Shown here piece after piece: positions 21,131 through 30,936 of a stretch of 64,000 nt of DNA (the first letter of the stretch is position 1; every line of letters starts with the position of its first letter). The DNA comes from a phage: the sequence record PX104380.1; one strand, 5' to 3'. The notes below the pieces were generated by a model. It ran no database searches, was not told where the DNA came from, and worked only from the letters and a program-made list of their open reading frames with translations. The translations under genes and the position numbers were made by a program.

Positions 21131-21733
21131 TTATAGATTAAATCCTTCAAAATCAAGAGTATAGATAGTGTATGTTGAATACTTTTTATACTCATATCTA
21201 TCTGCAATTCTAAATACACTTCCAGCTGGTATCATTACTTCTTGTTCATCTGAAACTAATTCCATATTACGATAACGATGGCTATCCGGAAACTTAAAGT
21301 TTGGATTGTATTCTTTACAGCGTAGAGCTTTTATAGCATACTCCTGGAAATTGAATACCATAGGAGCTTTGAATTCAAAAATAACCTGTGTGCTATACTC
21401 TAAACCAGAAGCAAAATGTAGAGCTATATTTTTATCATATGAAGCTGATACGACTTTATCAAATGTAATAATATCAATTCCTTGATTTAACACCTGCTTA
21501 GTCTCAGCTGGAACACCTCTCCAAAGAGGTTTATCGTTTGGTTCCAAACGAGATTTGATTATTTCATTTAACCAAGTATGGTCATCTGGCTTATTAGTAA
21601 TACAATGAATTAAAAGTTCAATTTCAGATAAATTAAACCCTTCAGAAAGTAATTCTTCACGAATAGAAGCACGCACCGATGCATCCATTGATTTTATTTT
21701 AAAATCTTTTAGTTGCATTACTGAGTATTTCAT
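21131..21733 (-). CDS. modA: ADP-ribosyltransferase ModA
   Basis: 200 aa; R-S-ExE signature (WRG, SAS, QEVMIP); T4 ModA length. Confidence 0.8.
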   Translation of the reverse strand: MKYSVMQLKDFKIKSMDASVRASIREELLSEGFNLSEIELLIHCITNKPDDHTWLNEIIKSRLEPNDKPLWRGVPAETKQVLNQGIDIITFDKVVSASYDKNIALHFASGLEYSTQVIFEFKAPMVFNFQEYAIKALRCKEYNPNFKFPDSHRYRNMELVSDEQEVMIPAGSVFRIADRYEYKKYSTYTIYTLDFEGFNL

Positions 21734-22353
21734 TCAACTACCTCAATATCATAAACTTTAAATGTTCCAAACGAATCGTGTAATTTTTCTTTTGAAATAG
21801 AAGTTATTTTATACTTTCCAATTGGAATCATCCATTCTTGTTCACGCACGATCATCATTAAGTTATCAGTACGCTCTGAATCTAATCCATCAGTATCTTC
21901 ATATGTATACTTAAACTCAGTATTAGGAGAAGAAAGTATAATATCGCTGATATGGTCAGAGTAATTAAAAGCTTTATCAGTTTTTAAGCGGAATATTATT
22001 TCAGTGAAATATTCAGCATAAGAAAAAGAACACGCTGTGTGTAAACTAGTAGTAAATGAATCTACCCTATTCGTTGAAAACACATCTCCAACCTGTAAAT
22101 TTTCTATTATTTCTTTTGTTGTTTTTGATATACCACGATATAACTGATAAGGCGATTTAGTTAAATGCTTTTTAATGATTTTATTCAACTGTCTGTGAAG
22201 AGCTTCATTCTTTTTGGCTTCCATACATTGCCAAAGAATTGATTGTTCAAAATCAGTAAACTTTTCACAAACCTTTTTATACATATCATATTGAAAATCA
22301 ACGCTTTCAGCTTTTATAGATAACTGTTCAACATCTGCAAGATTAATAATCAT
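21730..22353 (-). CDS. modB: ADP-ribosyltransferase ModB
   Basis: 207 aa; R-S-ExE signature (YRG, STN, REQEWMIP); paralog of ModA. Confidence 0.8.
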   Translation of the reverse strand: MIINLADVEQLSIKAESVDFQYDMYKKVCEKFTDFEQSILWQCMEAKKNEALHRQLNKIIKKHLTKSPYQLYRGISKTTKEIIENLQVGDVFSTNRVDSFTTSLHTACSFSYAEYFTEIIFRLKTDKAFNYSDHISDIILSSPNTEFKYTYEDTDGLDSERTDNLMMIVREQEWMIPIGKYKITSISKEKLHDSFGTFKVYDIEVVE

Positions 22354-22374
22354 GATAGCCTCCGTATACTTCAG

Positions 22375-22430
22375 AAGCTATCATATCATTGTTAGAAAGG
22401 AAAGTAAACAACTTTTTGAATTATTTTGCC
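22375..22430 (-). promoter_or_regulatory. Early promoter for modB-modA
   Basis: GTTTAC (22404-22409), 18-bp spacer, TATGAT -10. Confidence 0.5.
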
Positions 22431-22603
22431 CAGGGAGCCCAAGGCGGAGGGTCAAGATGGTATGAAGCCAGTTCTTCTAGAAGAGCATCTGGGGCTTCAA
22501 TTCCATAATTCTGTAATACTATACGGTATTCTTTCTTATAATCACTAGAATCATTCTGGATATTCGTAGAATGATTATCTTCTAACATCTCAAATAAATC
22601 CAT
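22421..22603 (-). CDS. Hypothetical protein (60 aa)
   Basis: ORF. Confidence 0.4.
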   Translation of the reverse strand: MDLFEMLEDNHSTNIQNDSSDYKKEYRIVLQNYGIEAPDALLEELASYHLDPPPWAPWAK

Positions 22604-22611
22604 ACTAATTC

Positions 22612-23082
22612 CTAGCGATAAAAACCAAATTGACGATTAGCTTCAATAATCTTTCTTTCTTCTTCGGACATTCTCCAGCGTAGTCCAACATCAAAATGAG
22701 CCCAGACCATCTTAACAAATGCATTTATATCTTTAATATCTTCAATAATGAATGTTTTACTTTTAGAAGGTTGACTCGCTAATTTAACTTTATCATCTTC
22801 AAATAGGTCAAAAAGACCATATTCATGAGCTCTTTTATAGCCTTTAATAGTTAAAGCTTCAGAAGAAGAAAACGGTGAATCGGTATTATGCAAAATATCT
22901 TCAGTATGCTTTATAATTAGAATAACATTTTCTGGATATTTTCTTTCTTTTATATCTTTAATTAAAAAATCCGGATTTTCTGCTAAAGGAATAATTAATG
23001 AGCATTTTTTATCAAGTGTATTTACTGATTTACCTTCTTTAGACATAAATTCTATTGAATATAATTTTGCTACTTCAATCAT
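22612..23082 (-). CDS. Hypothetical protein (156 aa)
   Basis: ORF in modB-soc interval. Confidence 0.55.
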   Translation of the reverse strand: MIEVAKLYSIEFMSKEGKSVNTLDKKCSLIIPLAENPDFLIKDIKERKYPENVILIIKHTEDILHNTDSPFSSSEALTIKGYKRAHEYGLFDLFEDDKVKLASQPSKSKTFIIEDIKDINAFVKMVWAHFDVGLRWRMSEEERKIIEANRQFGFYR

Positions 23083-23235
23083 GTGATTTCCTTTTGCCTA
23101 CTAATGGACCGTCAGGAACTTTGTTTTCCTGAATGTATTTCTCATTTTCTTCCATCATTTTACTACCAATTTTAAGAAGCAAATCCATTGCTTCATTTGC
23201 TTTTGCTTTAGCCTCTTCCAATGTCATATCTTTGC

Positions 23236-23439
23236 TCATGATTTATCACCATAGATGTCTCTCATCAATTTAAGCGCTGAGCGTTCTAATTTCTTTTCTT
23301 TCTCAGCACTAATCATTGATTTCATCCATTCTTCTGATTCGTTCTGCATTTCTTTATTTGCTTGTTCAACCCAACCATCATCAATATACATTGAGTTTGG
23401 TCTATTGAACCATTCAAGAATCTTCTTGAGAGCTTTCAT
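23236..23439 (-). CDS. Hypothetical protein (67 aa)
   Basis: ORF. Confidence 0.45.
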   Translation of the reverse strand: MKALKKILEWFNRPNSMYIDDGWVEQANKEMQNESEEWMKSMISAEKEKKLERSALKLMRDIYGDKS

Positions 23440-23911
23440 TTATTTTACCTAAAACAATAGTATGGACACCGTCAAATTTATGAATTTTTAGCAAATTAGG
23501 ATTTAAATTATTCCATAAAGAGGTAATAAAATATGATAGTGCATTTTCTTCTGTAATTATAAATTTATTTCCCTTATCTATTTTCCAGTCATATATTGAA
23601 TCGTATGAATATAATGGCAATGGTTTATTGTTATAATATGATTCAGCAACATCAATATAGTTAGATTTAGTAAATGCTTGAATTGACATAAATGGAGAAT
23701 TTCGTACAGTTTCAATAATTCCGATCTTTTTAAGTTTTATTTCAACATCTTCTGGAACTGGCATTGAAATAAAATCTTCTACTAGATACATGTTATTATC
23801 ATATCTTTTATCAATCATTACTGCTACTGTAATTGGAATATCTTTAGCAAACGCCATGCTATCACTATTGATAGACATTTCAAACAAAATCGCTTCCATA
23901 ATTTTCCTCAA
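23414..23911 (-). CDS. Hypothetical protein (about 160 aa)
   Basis: ORF. Confidence 0.5.
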   Translation of the reverse strand: MRKIMEAILFEMSINSDSMAFAKDIPITVAVMIDKRYDNNMYLVEDFISMPVPEDVEIKLKKIGIIETVRNSPFMSIQAFTKSNYIDVAESYYNNKPLPLYSYDSIYDWKIDKGNKFIITEENALSYFITSLWNNLNPNLLKIHKFDGVHTIVLGKINESSQEDS

Positions 23912-24249
23912 TCACAAGATGTAGATGAACAACCAGAATCACAAGAACTTCCACATGAATCGCCCGTCCATACATGAACAGGAACATTAGTGTCATATGA
24001 ATCAGAACTAGACTGTGTATTCTGCGTATTAGATGATGTAGTAGGTGTTGACCAGCGCCAAGGATTTTTATAATATTCTTGGGCTTCTTCATAAGTCATA
24101 GTAACTGCTTCTACTGTTCCATCTCCCATATAAACATATTCAACTACAGTTAAAGGAAGGTAGTCATTTGAAATAGGAACTACACCTTCTCCGGGAGTTG
24201 TAGAGAAAAAATCCGTAAAGAAACTTTTAAACCAATTAAAGATAAACAT
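23908..24249 (-). CDS. Hypothetical protein with Ser/Thr/Cys-rich C-terminal tail
   Basis: 113 aa ending [34 protein letters not shown]. Confidence 0.5.
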   Translation of the reverse strand: MFIFNWFKSFFTDFFSTTPGEGVVPISNDYLPLTVVEYVYMGDGTVEAVTMTYEEAQEYYKNPWRWSTPTTSSNTQNTQSSSDSYDTNVPVHVWTGDSCGSSCDSGCSSTSCD

Positions 24250-24461
24250 TACAAAAAGCCTCTCTTAAATTCGATTCTTTGAAATCCACCCCAGTCAGTG
24301 TATCGCATTTCAGCATTGAACTCGACTGAACCATCTGCATGCATCATGAATGAATGCGTGACGATATCACAATCCCAGCTTTTCATACCCCATTTATCAG
24401 AGATAGCTTTATCAAGAACCTTCTGGAGGTCTTCATTTGGTTTAATCCAACGATTTAACAT
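24249..24461 (-). CDS. Hypothetical protein (70 aa)
   Basis: ORF behind early promoter. Confidence 0.5.
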   Translation of the reverse strand: MLNRWIKPNEDLQKVLDKAISDKWGMKSWDCDIVTHSFMMHADGSVEFNAEMRYTDWGGFQRIEFKRGFL

Positions 24462-24481
24462 AGTGCTCTCCTCTATAAGAT

Positions 24482-24531
24482 AATTCTATTATACCATACT
24501 CATTTTGGAAAGTAAACCAGTAAAATGAAAA
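24482..24531 (-). promoter_or_regulatory. Early promoter
   Basis: GTTTAC (24512-24517), 18-bp spacer, TGGTATAAT (24488-24496). Confidence 0.6.
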
Positions 24532-24552
24532 AAGGACTCCCGAAGGAGTCCT
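24521..24552 (-). terminator. Intrinsic terminator after soc
   Basis: - strand AGGACTCC-TTCG-GGAGTCCT (8-bp stem, UUCG loop) followed by TTTTTCATTTT. Confidence 0.75.
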
Positions 24553-24559
24553 TGAATTA

Positions 24560-24796
24560 TTAACCACCTATTTGTGTAGGCGTAAACATTGCAGCATTCT
24601 TAGTTTTCCAAGTTGCTGCATCAGAAACTACAGTAGAATATGCCGCCTTTTCAGAAGGAAAGGTCTGATAATGAGAATCTGCAATACGATGCTCGTTAGA
24701 ATAAATTTCAAACGGAACAGAAACTTCCATACCTTTAACTTCTTTGCCTTCACCTGCTGGATGAGTAAAGGTCTTGATGTTAACGAAACCACCCAT
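24560..24796 (-). CDS. soc: Small outer capsid protein Soc
   Basis: 78 aa; VNIKTF...HYQTFPSEKAAYSTV matches remembered Soc core. Confidence 0.85.
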   Translation of the reverse strand: MGGFVNIKTFTHPAGEGKEVKGMEVSVPFEIYSNEHRIADSHYQTFPSEKAAYSTVVSDAATWKTKNAAMFTPTQIGG

Positions 24797-24827
24797 AATA
24801 AACTCCTTTATTGTTTAATTACAAGTG

Positions 24828-24835
24828 TATTTATA
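24828..24835 (-). promoter_or_regulatory. Late promoter TATAAATA for soc
   Basis: exact T4 late consensus on - strand about 30 nt upstream of soc ATG. Confidence 0.7.
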
Positions 24836-25667
24836 ATCCATTTTCAAATCTCTTTATCATGTTTATATAATTTTCGTCAGGATAACCTAGGCTAACTGCT
24901 AGTTTTCTAAAATTGACATATTTAGGTTTGTTGTTATTAATCCATAATTCTCTAAGCTCTTTTTCATAATTCCATTTAAGTTGATTTCTGCGTGCAGTTT
25001 TGCTTAAAGTTTTTCCTTTAGCTTTTAAAGCTTTTTCAGATGACTGTTTTAATTTTTGAATATTTAAAACTTCTTCTATAGATAAATTATTTTCCTTTGA
25101 ATATCTTATGCAAAAATCTTTTACTGCGGCTATTAGGCAATTTTTGTGAGTACCTAAAATTTCTGGGTTATTTTCTTCAACTAAAATTCCCCAATATCTT
25201 CGGTAGCGAGGCATATCTCTTGAAATCCAGTCATTATACCAAAAATCAAAGTTGGAATACATGAAAGATTTTCTTTTACGAAGAGTATCTTGGTTTATCC
25301 ATTGCTCACGTTTATCAGCCCATAACTTAATAGTAAAGTCTTTTTCTGAGTCAGAAAGCTTCTTAAATTGCGAGCTATTTACTGAGGTCATTCTCTGGAA
25401 TGCATTCAGCAATCCAAATCTTCCAGTTGAACATAAGAGATAGTGAACATATATGTGTTGATATATTGGGAGATATACTCTATTCCAAGGATGTATTTTA
25501 AAATCACTATACTCAGGAAATGCGCATTTAGGAAGTATATGATGGGCTTCTGTTTTAGATTTGATGTGAGTGTTTAACTTATATTTATCTATAATTTTTA
25601 AGTACTCATCTAAAAGTTCCCATTGCGGGAACTTTTCTTTAAGAGCAGATTTGAAATTAATATCCAT
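24831..25667 (-). CDS. HNH-family homing endonuclease-like protein (Mob-like)
   Basis: about 278 aa; HNH-like core EAHHILPKCAFPEY...HPWNRVYLPIYQHIYVH; sits between 56 and soc. Confidence 0.65.
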   Translation of the reverse strand: MDINFKSALKEKFPQWELLDEYLKIIDKYKLNTHIKSKTEAHHILPKCAFPEYSDFKIHPWNRVYLPIYQHIYVHYLLCSTGRFGLLNAFQRMTSVNSSQFKKLSDSEKDFTIKLWADKREQWINQDTLRKRKSFMYSNFDFWYNDWISRDMPRYRRYWGILVEENNPEILGTHKNCLIAAVKDFCIRYSKENNLSIEEVLNIQKLKQSSEKALKAKGKTLSKTARRNQLKWNYEKELRELWINNNKPKYVNFRKLAVSLGYPDENYINMIKRFENGL

Positions 25668-26175
25668 TATCTTGACGTTCAAAATTATGCTTGTTCTTCA
25701 GATAATAAAGTTTAAAGATTTCTTCAGCAGTAAGGCCGAGACCTTGGAACATGTTCAGAACGAAATGAAGAATATCAATCATTTCGAATTTAATTTCCAA
25801 CTGGTCTTGTGGAGACAAATCAGTAATCAGAGTTTCACGACGTTCACCATGCTGCGACTTCCAAGGCTTCCATACAGCAGATGCATCTTTTTCACCATTG
25901 CTCATACCACCAAGAGAAGTCAGAAGTTCACGGAATTCATCATCAATGTAATCTTTCTGATTACGCAGCCAATCGACAACTTCACCTGCAGTAGCCAAAT
26001 CATCAGGATGACGGTTATATTCAGGTTTATCTTTAGCTAAACGAACCTGCAGAGATTTCTGCATATCAAGCATAACTTGCAGTGGGTCTTTTTCATCACC
26101 GAGAATATCCCAGTATTCATTTTGAGCTTTATCAGCACCAGCGATCAGATGACTACATTCGTTGAAATGTGGCAT
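25657..26175 (-). CDS. 56: dCTP pyrophosphatase gp56 (MazG-like)
   Basis: 172 aa; MPHFNECSHLIAGADKAQNEYWDILGDEKDPLQVMLDMQ matches remembered T4 gp56. Confidence 0.92.
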   Translation of the reverse strand: MPHFNECSHLIAGADKAQNEYWDILGDEKDPLQVMLDMQKSLQVRLAKDKPEYNRHPDDLATAGEVVDWLRNQKDYIDDEFRELLTSLGGMSNGEKDASAVWKPWKSQHGERRETLITDLSPQDQLEIKFEMIDILHFVLNMFQGLGLTAEEIFKLYYLKNKHNFERQDNGY

Positions 26176-26218
26176 GTTATTTTTCCTTTCAATTCATGGG
26201 TTAGTAGATTAATTATAC

Positions 26219-26226
26219 AATAAATA
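26219..26226 (+). promoter_or_regulatory. Late-promoter-like box AATAAATA upstream of the + strand small ORF
   Basis: same architecture as upstream of holin t: box, about 12 nt, AAGGAGG, ATG. Confidence 0.35.
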
Positions 26227-26248
26227 TATAAAGCAATAAGGAGGACAT

Positions 26249-26449
26249 ATGGTACAAAAATTAATGGCACTTGTTAATGCCATAAAAGGTAATAAAAAAC
26301 GTATAGCTTTTACTATTTCTGCTATGGTAGGAATTTTACTCTGGAACTTTATTTTATCACCTGTTGCAATTGCACATGGTGTTAATATTCCAGTAGTTAC
26401 TCTTGATACATTTGTAGATTTAGCATTTGCTTTAGTTGGGTTAATTTAA
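26249..26449 (+). CDS. Small hydrophobic protein (66 aa), only + strand gene inside the - strand block
   Basis: strong SD AAGGAGG 5 nt before ATG; hydrophobic segments; convergent with gene 61. Confidence 0.55.
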   Translation: MVQKLMALVNAIKGNKKRIAFTISAMVGILLWNFILSPVAIAHGVNIPVVTLDTFVDLAFALVGLI

Positions 26450-27474
26450 ATCTTAGCATATTTAGATAACCGCATTTTAGCCATTAACCCCTGGGCAATA
26501 TTATTTTTCATATATTCCATAATTTGTTCAGGGGTTGCACCTTCCTTTCTAATCATATCATTAACATCTTTTGATTTCCAGGGAGATTTATCCCAAAACA
26601 TAACCCTTTCTCCTGCATCAACTAATTTAGTCATTCGCTTGATAGTGTCAGGATGACGAGGTTCATTATCTAAAACCCACACTCGTCTATCTTTAAATGG
26701 AACAACTTCTAGGTCTAATTGACCACCCGTAATAGCTATACCATTTTCAATGAAAAGGGAATCGATAGGTCCTTCTAGAACATATACATCGCCATCTTTA
26801 ACTCGTTCAACTCCATAGATTTTTGTTGCCTCAGGATAAGCTTTAATGGTGATATATTTTTGAGGAGCATCTTTCTTTAATGCGCGTCCTTGAAAAGACT
26901 CAGCCTTTCCGTCAGCATTATAAATTGGAATAACAAGACGAGGCTCAGAAATTTCCTTTTTGTATGTTCCCGGTGCGATGCTATTAACTAATTTAGGCCA
27001 TTCGGTTGTAAACCAAAGATATTTCCATTTATCCTTTGGAATACAACGAGCTTTTACATATTTTATAATTGGATGGTCTTCCGCCAGTTTATCTAATCTA
27101 ACACATGACGGAAGAGATTTAATTATTTTCTTCTCAGGTTGTTTAGGAAGTTCTTTAGGTTTTTCTACTGAACGACTTTTACCTTTTTCTTTTCTTATTT
27201 CAAAGATATACTCACGATATAAATCAGGTTCAAACTCCTTTAAATATATTCCGATTGGTGCATGATAGTTACAGTTATAACAATGAATATTTCCTTCATT
27301 ATTATCACCATAATACCATCCACGGGCTTTATTCTGGTCGGTTTTTGAATCTCCACAAACTGGGCATCTAAACCGTAATTTAAAAGTTGAACTATTATTT
27401 ACTTGTGTGAATTTAGGTAAATGAGCTAATGCACGGTATGCAAACTCATTATCAATCCAAGGTATTGATGACAT
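26446..27474 (-). CDS. 61: DNA primase gp61
   Basis: 342 aa; zinc ribbon CPVCGDSK...CYNC, TOPRIM EGPIDSL; N-terminus as T4 gp61. Confidence 0.95.
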   Translation of the reverse strand: MSSIPWIDNEFAYRALAHLPKFTQVNNSSTFKLRFRCPVCGDSKTDQNKARGWYYGDNNEGNIHCYNCNYHAPIGIYLKEFEPDLYREYIFEIRKEKGKSRSVEKPKELPKQPEKKIIKSLPSCVRLDKLAEDHPIIKYVKARCIPKDKWKYLWFTTEWPKLVNSIAPGTYKKEISEPRLVIPIYNADGKAESFQGRALKKDAPQKYITIKAYPEATKIYGVERVKDGDVYVLEGPIDSLFIENGIAITGGQLDLEVVPFKDRRVWVLDNEPRHPDTIKRMTKLVDAGERVMFWDKSPWKSKDVNDMIRKEGATPEQIMEYMKNNIAQGLMAKMRLSKYAKI

Positions 27475-27476
27475 TT

Positions 27477-27641
27477 TTACTCTTCTTTTTCTTTAGATTC
27501 CTCTTTTTTCTTTTTAGGAATCTGTTCAGGACCTTTATTTACTATAGCACCTGATGTTGTTCCAGTAGAGATATTTTCAGGATTACCACCTGAATCTCCA
27601 GCAACCATATCTTCTTTAATAAATTCTTTATATGTTTTCAT
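27477..27641 (-). CDS. Small hydrophilic protein (about 54 aa), not in track
   Basis: own translation MKTYKEFIKEDMVAGDSGGNPENISTGTTSGAIVNKGPEQIPKKKKEESKEKEE; abuts gene 61 start. Confidence 0.4.
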   Translation of the reverse strand: MKTYKEFIKEDMVAGDSGGNPENISTGTTSGAIVNKGPEQIPKKKKEESKEKEE

Positions 27642-27642
27642 A

Positions 27643-28290
27643 TTAACCTCTATTCATAAAAGCATTAAAAATTTGATCGTCAATAGAAACTTTTACTTTA
27701 GGCTGTTCTTCAAACGGTAATTCATATCCACATATTACAATTTTGTGATCGATACCAAAATACACAGAAGCAATATGATTAATATTATTTTCAGTGAAAT
27801 CTAAATCAACATCAACATCTTTTTGACTAACGCTCAAAGGATAATTAATACGAATAATTCGATTATCTTTAACAAAGATTCCACCGACATACTCTGTGTT
27901 GCGTTTAAAGTTTACACGTTTCCTAAATGAAAAATATTCAGGTTCTTTATGAGCCCGACTCATAGGACACAATGAGTAGCTAGAATAAGAGATGTCAAAT
28001 CCTACACCTTCAATATGAATATGAGCCAACGTGTCATGATTAAACCAATTATAATCATATGCCAAATCCATTATATTGTAATATGTGAAAGGCACCGGAT
28101 TAACATCATGTGTTGTACCTTTAAAATCTGCCCAGGCAACGATTTCGTTATCTTTAACAATTACAAAAATTGTGCCAATAAGATATCCACGGTTATTTTC
28201 ATCAGGCGTTATAGTATAACATTGTGCATCAGGAAATTTACCGTATTTAAACGGTGGATTTTTGTGCATATAATAAATCATATTATTCAC
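27643..28290 (-). CDS. Hypothetical protein (215 aa)
   Basis: ORF between sp and 61. Confidence 0.55.
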   Translation of the reverse strand: MNNMIYYMHKNPPFKYGKFPDAQCYTITPDENNRGYLIGTIFVIVKDNEIVAWADFKGTTHDVNPVPFTYYNIMDLAYDYNWFNHDTLAHIHIEGVGFDISYSSYSLCPMSRAHKEPEYFSFRKRVNFKRNTEYVGGIFVKDNRIIRINYPLSVSQKDVDVDLDFTENNINHIASVYFGIDHKIVICGYELPFEEQPKVKVSIDDQIFNAFMNRG

Positions 28291-28576
28291 CTGTGATTTC
28301 GGTTACGATATTTTTGTTATTAAAGTTTTTATCGCAATACAGAACATAATTATACTGCATTACACCACCAGACTTAAGCTGTTTTTGTACTTCAGCTTTC
28401 ATTTCAGGACGATCGCGCTCAACAATATTCATAATATCCGCTTCAATTTGAGTTTCAACTTCAGTCTGATCTGCAGTCATAGACCATTCACACAAATCTT
28501 TATCATATCCTGCCATAGCAGGCTGAGCAGCACAAGAAGCCAAAGTAAAAATTGTAGCAAAAATAAATTTTTTCAT
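28283..28576 (-). CDS. sp: Spackle periplasmic protein Sp (superinfection exclusion)
   Basis: 97 aa with signal peptide MKKFIFATIFTLASCAAQPAMAGYDKDLCEW matching remembered T4 Sp. Confidence 0.9.
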   Translation of the reverse strand: MKKFIFATIFTLASCAAQPAMAGYDKDLCEWSMTADQTEVETQIEADIMNIVERDRPEMKAEVQKQLKSGGVMQYNYVLYCDKNFNNKNIVTEITGE

Positions 28577-28599
28577 GATAATCTCCTCAGTAGTTTATG

Positions 28600-28655
28600 T
28601 TTATATAGTATCTCAATTTCCAACAAAAGTAAACAGCTATTTTAAAACTTCTGTA
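28600..28655 (-). promoter_or_regulatory. Early promoter for sp
   Basis: GTTTAC (28629-28634), 18-bp spacer, TACTAT (28605-28610); GAGG SD before sp ATG. Confidence 0.55.
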
Positions 28656-28894
28656 TAATCACATGTTACAAACTGTTTCTCTAACTTGACGATTTTACGA
28701 AAATACCTTTTACACTGACGAATCTGTCGCTTCGTAGGACGTACAGCAAACTTAATAAATTCCACTCGACCAAATGGAGGACTTTCTTCTGCTGGAATAT
28801 CTAGCACCAATTCCCACGTATCTGCAATAAGTGCTTTGAATTGAGTATTTTTCCTGACGTTATACGGAGTAGGTTTAAATAAAACAATATGCAT
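28637..28894 (-). CDS. Hypothetical protein (85 aa, 61.4 position)
   Basis: ORF. Confidence 0.5.
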   Translation of the reverse strand: MHIVLFKPTPYNVRKNTQFKALIADTWELVLDIPAEESPPFGRVEFIKFAVRPTKRQIRQCKRYFRKIVKLEKQFVTCDYTEVLK

Positions 28895-28895
28895 A

Positions 28896-29078
28896 TTATC
28901 CTCGGCAATCTACTTCACATACTTTCTTGTCATCAATGAAAGCTTTAACTAATGCTGTATTAACTTCAGCATATTGAGTAGTAGCCCATTGAACGTCATC
29001 TTTCATCATTGTGATTTCTTTAGTAAACGTACTTTCATTCTTAAACCACCCCATAAAAACTACCTTTACCAATTCCAT
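28896..29078 (-). CDS. dmd: Dmd, antitoxin against RnlA/LsoA RNases
   Basis: 60 aa, MELVKVVFMGWFKNESTFTKEITMMKDDVQWATTQYAEV matches remembered T4 Dmd. Confidence 0.88.
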   Translation of the reverse strand: MELVKVVFMGWFKNESTFTKEITMMKDDVQWATTQYAEVNTALVKAFIDDKKVCEVDCRG

Positions 29079-29136
29079 AACAATCTCCTCATTTAACCAA
29101 CAAGACTACTATACCATAGTCTTGTCAGCTTGTAAA

Positions 29137-30564
29137 CTAAAATTTTAATTCATTTGCCAAAGCATCTAACTGAGCTCGAGCTGATTCGTTTCTTTGATAG
29201 CGATTCTGTTCAGCCTGAATCTGCTGTGAACCTGCTACTTCACTCACTTCGGTTGGAGTAGAATCTTGTTCAATTTCTACCCATTTTTGATTTCCTTTTT
29301 GAACACCCATCAAAAACTTATTCCACTTATTCTTATCGCCATAACGTGATTTGATTTGCTTAATGAGTTGTTGTTCAGCAGCTGCTAGCTCCTCGGTTTC
29401 AATGACCGCAAGCATAAAATCAGCTGTTGCTGGAAGACCAGCAGATTCTGCAATATCGCTCATGTTAACATCGGAAGAGTCCCAAGCTTGTTTACCAACC
29501 TGTGCTGCAGTCCAAAGAACAGTTTCGGTTTCAACAGCCAGAGCACGCAATTCCTCTGCAATAGCTTTAACAGTTGTGTAACTATTTTCTGAGTAAACTC
29601 TGATGCGGCAAGATTTACAAATACCTAGATAGTCGACAATAATGATTGTTGGAACAAAATTCTTCTTGAGCTTTAATTCATTTAAAAGTGATCGAAATGT
29701 ATTAGCGTCTGCTCCACCAGTAGGATATTGCTTAACGATTAAACGACCGAGAGTAGATTTCTCACGCCATTTTTCCATTTTTCCTTTATACTCGGCATAA
29801 GAAATATGTCCATCATCAATGTCATCAAGAGAAACATCAAGCATGTTAGCGTCAATACGTTTAGCGCAGACTTCTTCTGCCATTTCCATGGAGATATAAA
29901 GAACGTTATGACCAAGCTGTAAATAATCCGCTGCTAATGAACACAATCCTAATGACTTACCAACGTTAACGCCAGCCATTAAAACGTTCAGTGTTCCTGT
30001 TTCAGCTCCGCCTTTTGTAATTTTATTCAAAATACGGAGTTTAAATGGAACCTTACGAGCTTTATTCATATAAGATAGCCAGCGTGCTTCGTAGTCATCC
30101 ATCCAATCATGACCAACGTAGCTATCAAATGAAATTGATAATGCTTGACGCATGATGTCAGGAATAGCACCAACATCCGGCATTTTCTTATTTCGTTTTT
30201 CCGGAGGAAGCTCAGCATTAGTTTGAATTTCAATTATTTTAGACGTAGCATTAAACATCGCCCTTTGCTGAACATATTTTTCTGTTTCTTTTATTAACCA
30301 ACTGTGGTCTTCTGGAGAATCAGCTAGTTTTGAAATAAGTGTTTTTACACCAGAATATTCTGTTTCAGTAAATGAACTATTTTCTAATGCAACATTTAAC
30401 GCATTAATAGATGGAACGCTATGGTACTCATTAACATGAGATTTAATTAATTTGAATGTATTTTTAGCTGGACCACTTTCAAAATATTCTGAATCCATAT
30501 ATGGCCAAACTTTTGAAAAATAAGCTTGATCAAATATGAGATGAGAAAGAATAATTTCTACCAC
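29137..30564 (-). CDS. 41: Replicative DNA helicase gp41 (DnaB-like)
   Basis: 475 aa; Walker A GVNVGKS; T4 gp41 length. Confidence 0.95.
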   Translation of the reverse strand: MVEIILSHLIFDQAYFSKVWPYMDSEYFESGPAKNTFKLIKSHVNEYHSVPSINALNVALENSSFTETEYSGVKTLISKLADSPEDHSWLIKETEKYVQQRAMFNATSKIIEIQTNAELPPEKRNKKMPDVGAIPDIMRQALSISFDSYVGHDWMDDYEARWLSYMNKARKVPFKLRILNKITKGGAETGTLNVLMAGVNVGKSLGLCSLAADYLQLGHNVLYISMEMAEEVCAKRIDANMLDVSLDDIDDGHISYAEYKGKMEKWREKSTLGRLIVKQYPTGGADANTFRSLLNELKLKKNFVPTIIIVDYLGICKSCRIRVYSENSYTTVKAIAEELRALAVETETVLWTAAQVGKQAWDSSDVNMSDIAESAGLPATADFMLAVIETEELAAAEQQLIKQIKSRYGDKNKWNKFLMGVQKGNQKWVEIEQDSTPTEVSEVAGSQQIQAEQNRYQRNESARAQLDALANELKF

Positions 30565-30573
30565 ACTTACTCC

Positions 30574-30936
30574 TTAAAAGAATTTAAATTTTTTCTTTGA
30601 CCTTTTATTAAATGCATCTTGTAGTTGCATTGTAATACATTTTTCTACATGAGGAGCTAACTCAGCTTTTCTTTCTTGGTCAAGAACAGCAAAGTCCATT
30701 ACGACTTTTCCATCAACCCAATCTAATTTTGTCACATACACAATGTGTGTAGAACCATCTTCTAGTTTAATGACAATCTCCTGGATAACATTTTCCATGG
30801 CAGATTTAATTATCTTAAGAGATTCATTAAAAAGACGTTCTTTTCTTTCTTCTTCCCCCTCCGAAGAGGGGGATTCATCGATAATTTCTAGATCTAAATC
30901 TAAATCATCTTTATTCATTAAATTCTTCCATATCAC
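30574..30936 (-). CDS. 40: gp40-like protein (by position between uvsX and 41)
   Basis: 120-aa ORF; contains an intragenic UUCG hairpin at 30855-30872. Confidence 0.55.
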   Translation of the reverse strand: MIWKNLMNKDDLDLDLEIIDESPSSEGEEERKERLFNESLKIIKSAMENVIQEIVIKLEDGSTHIVYVTKLDWVDGKVVMDFAVLDQERKAELAPHVEKCITMQLQDAFNKRSKKKFKFF

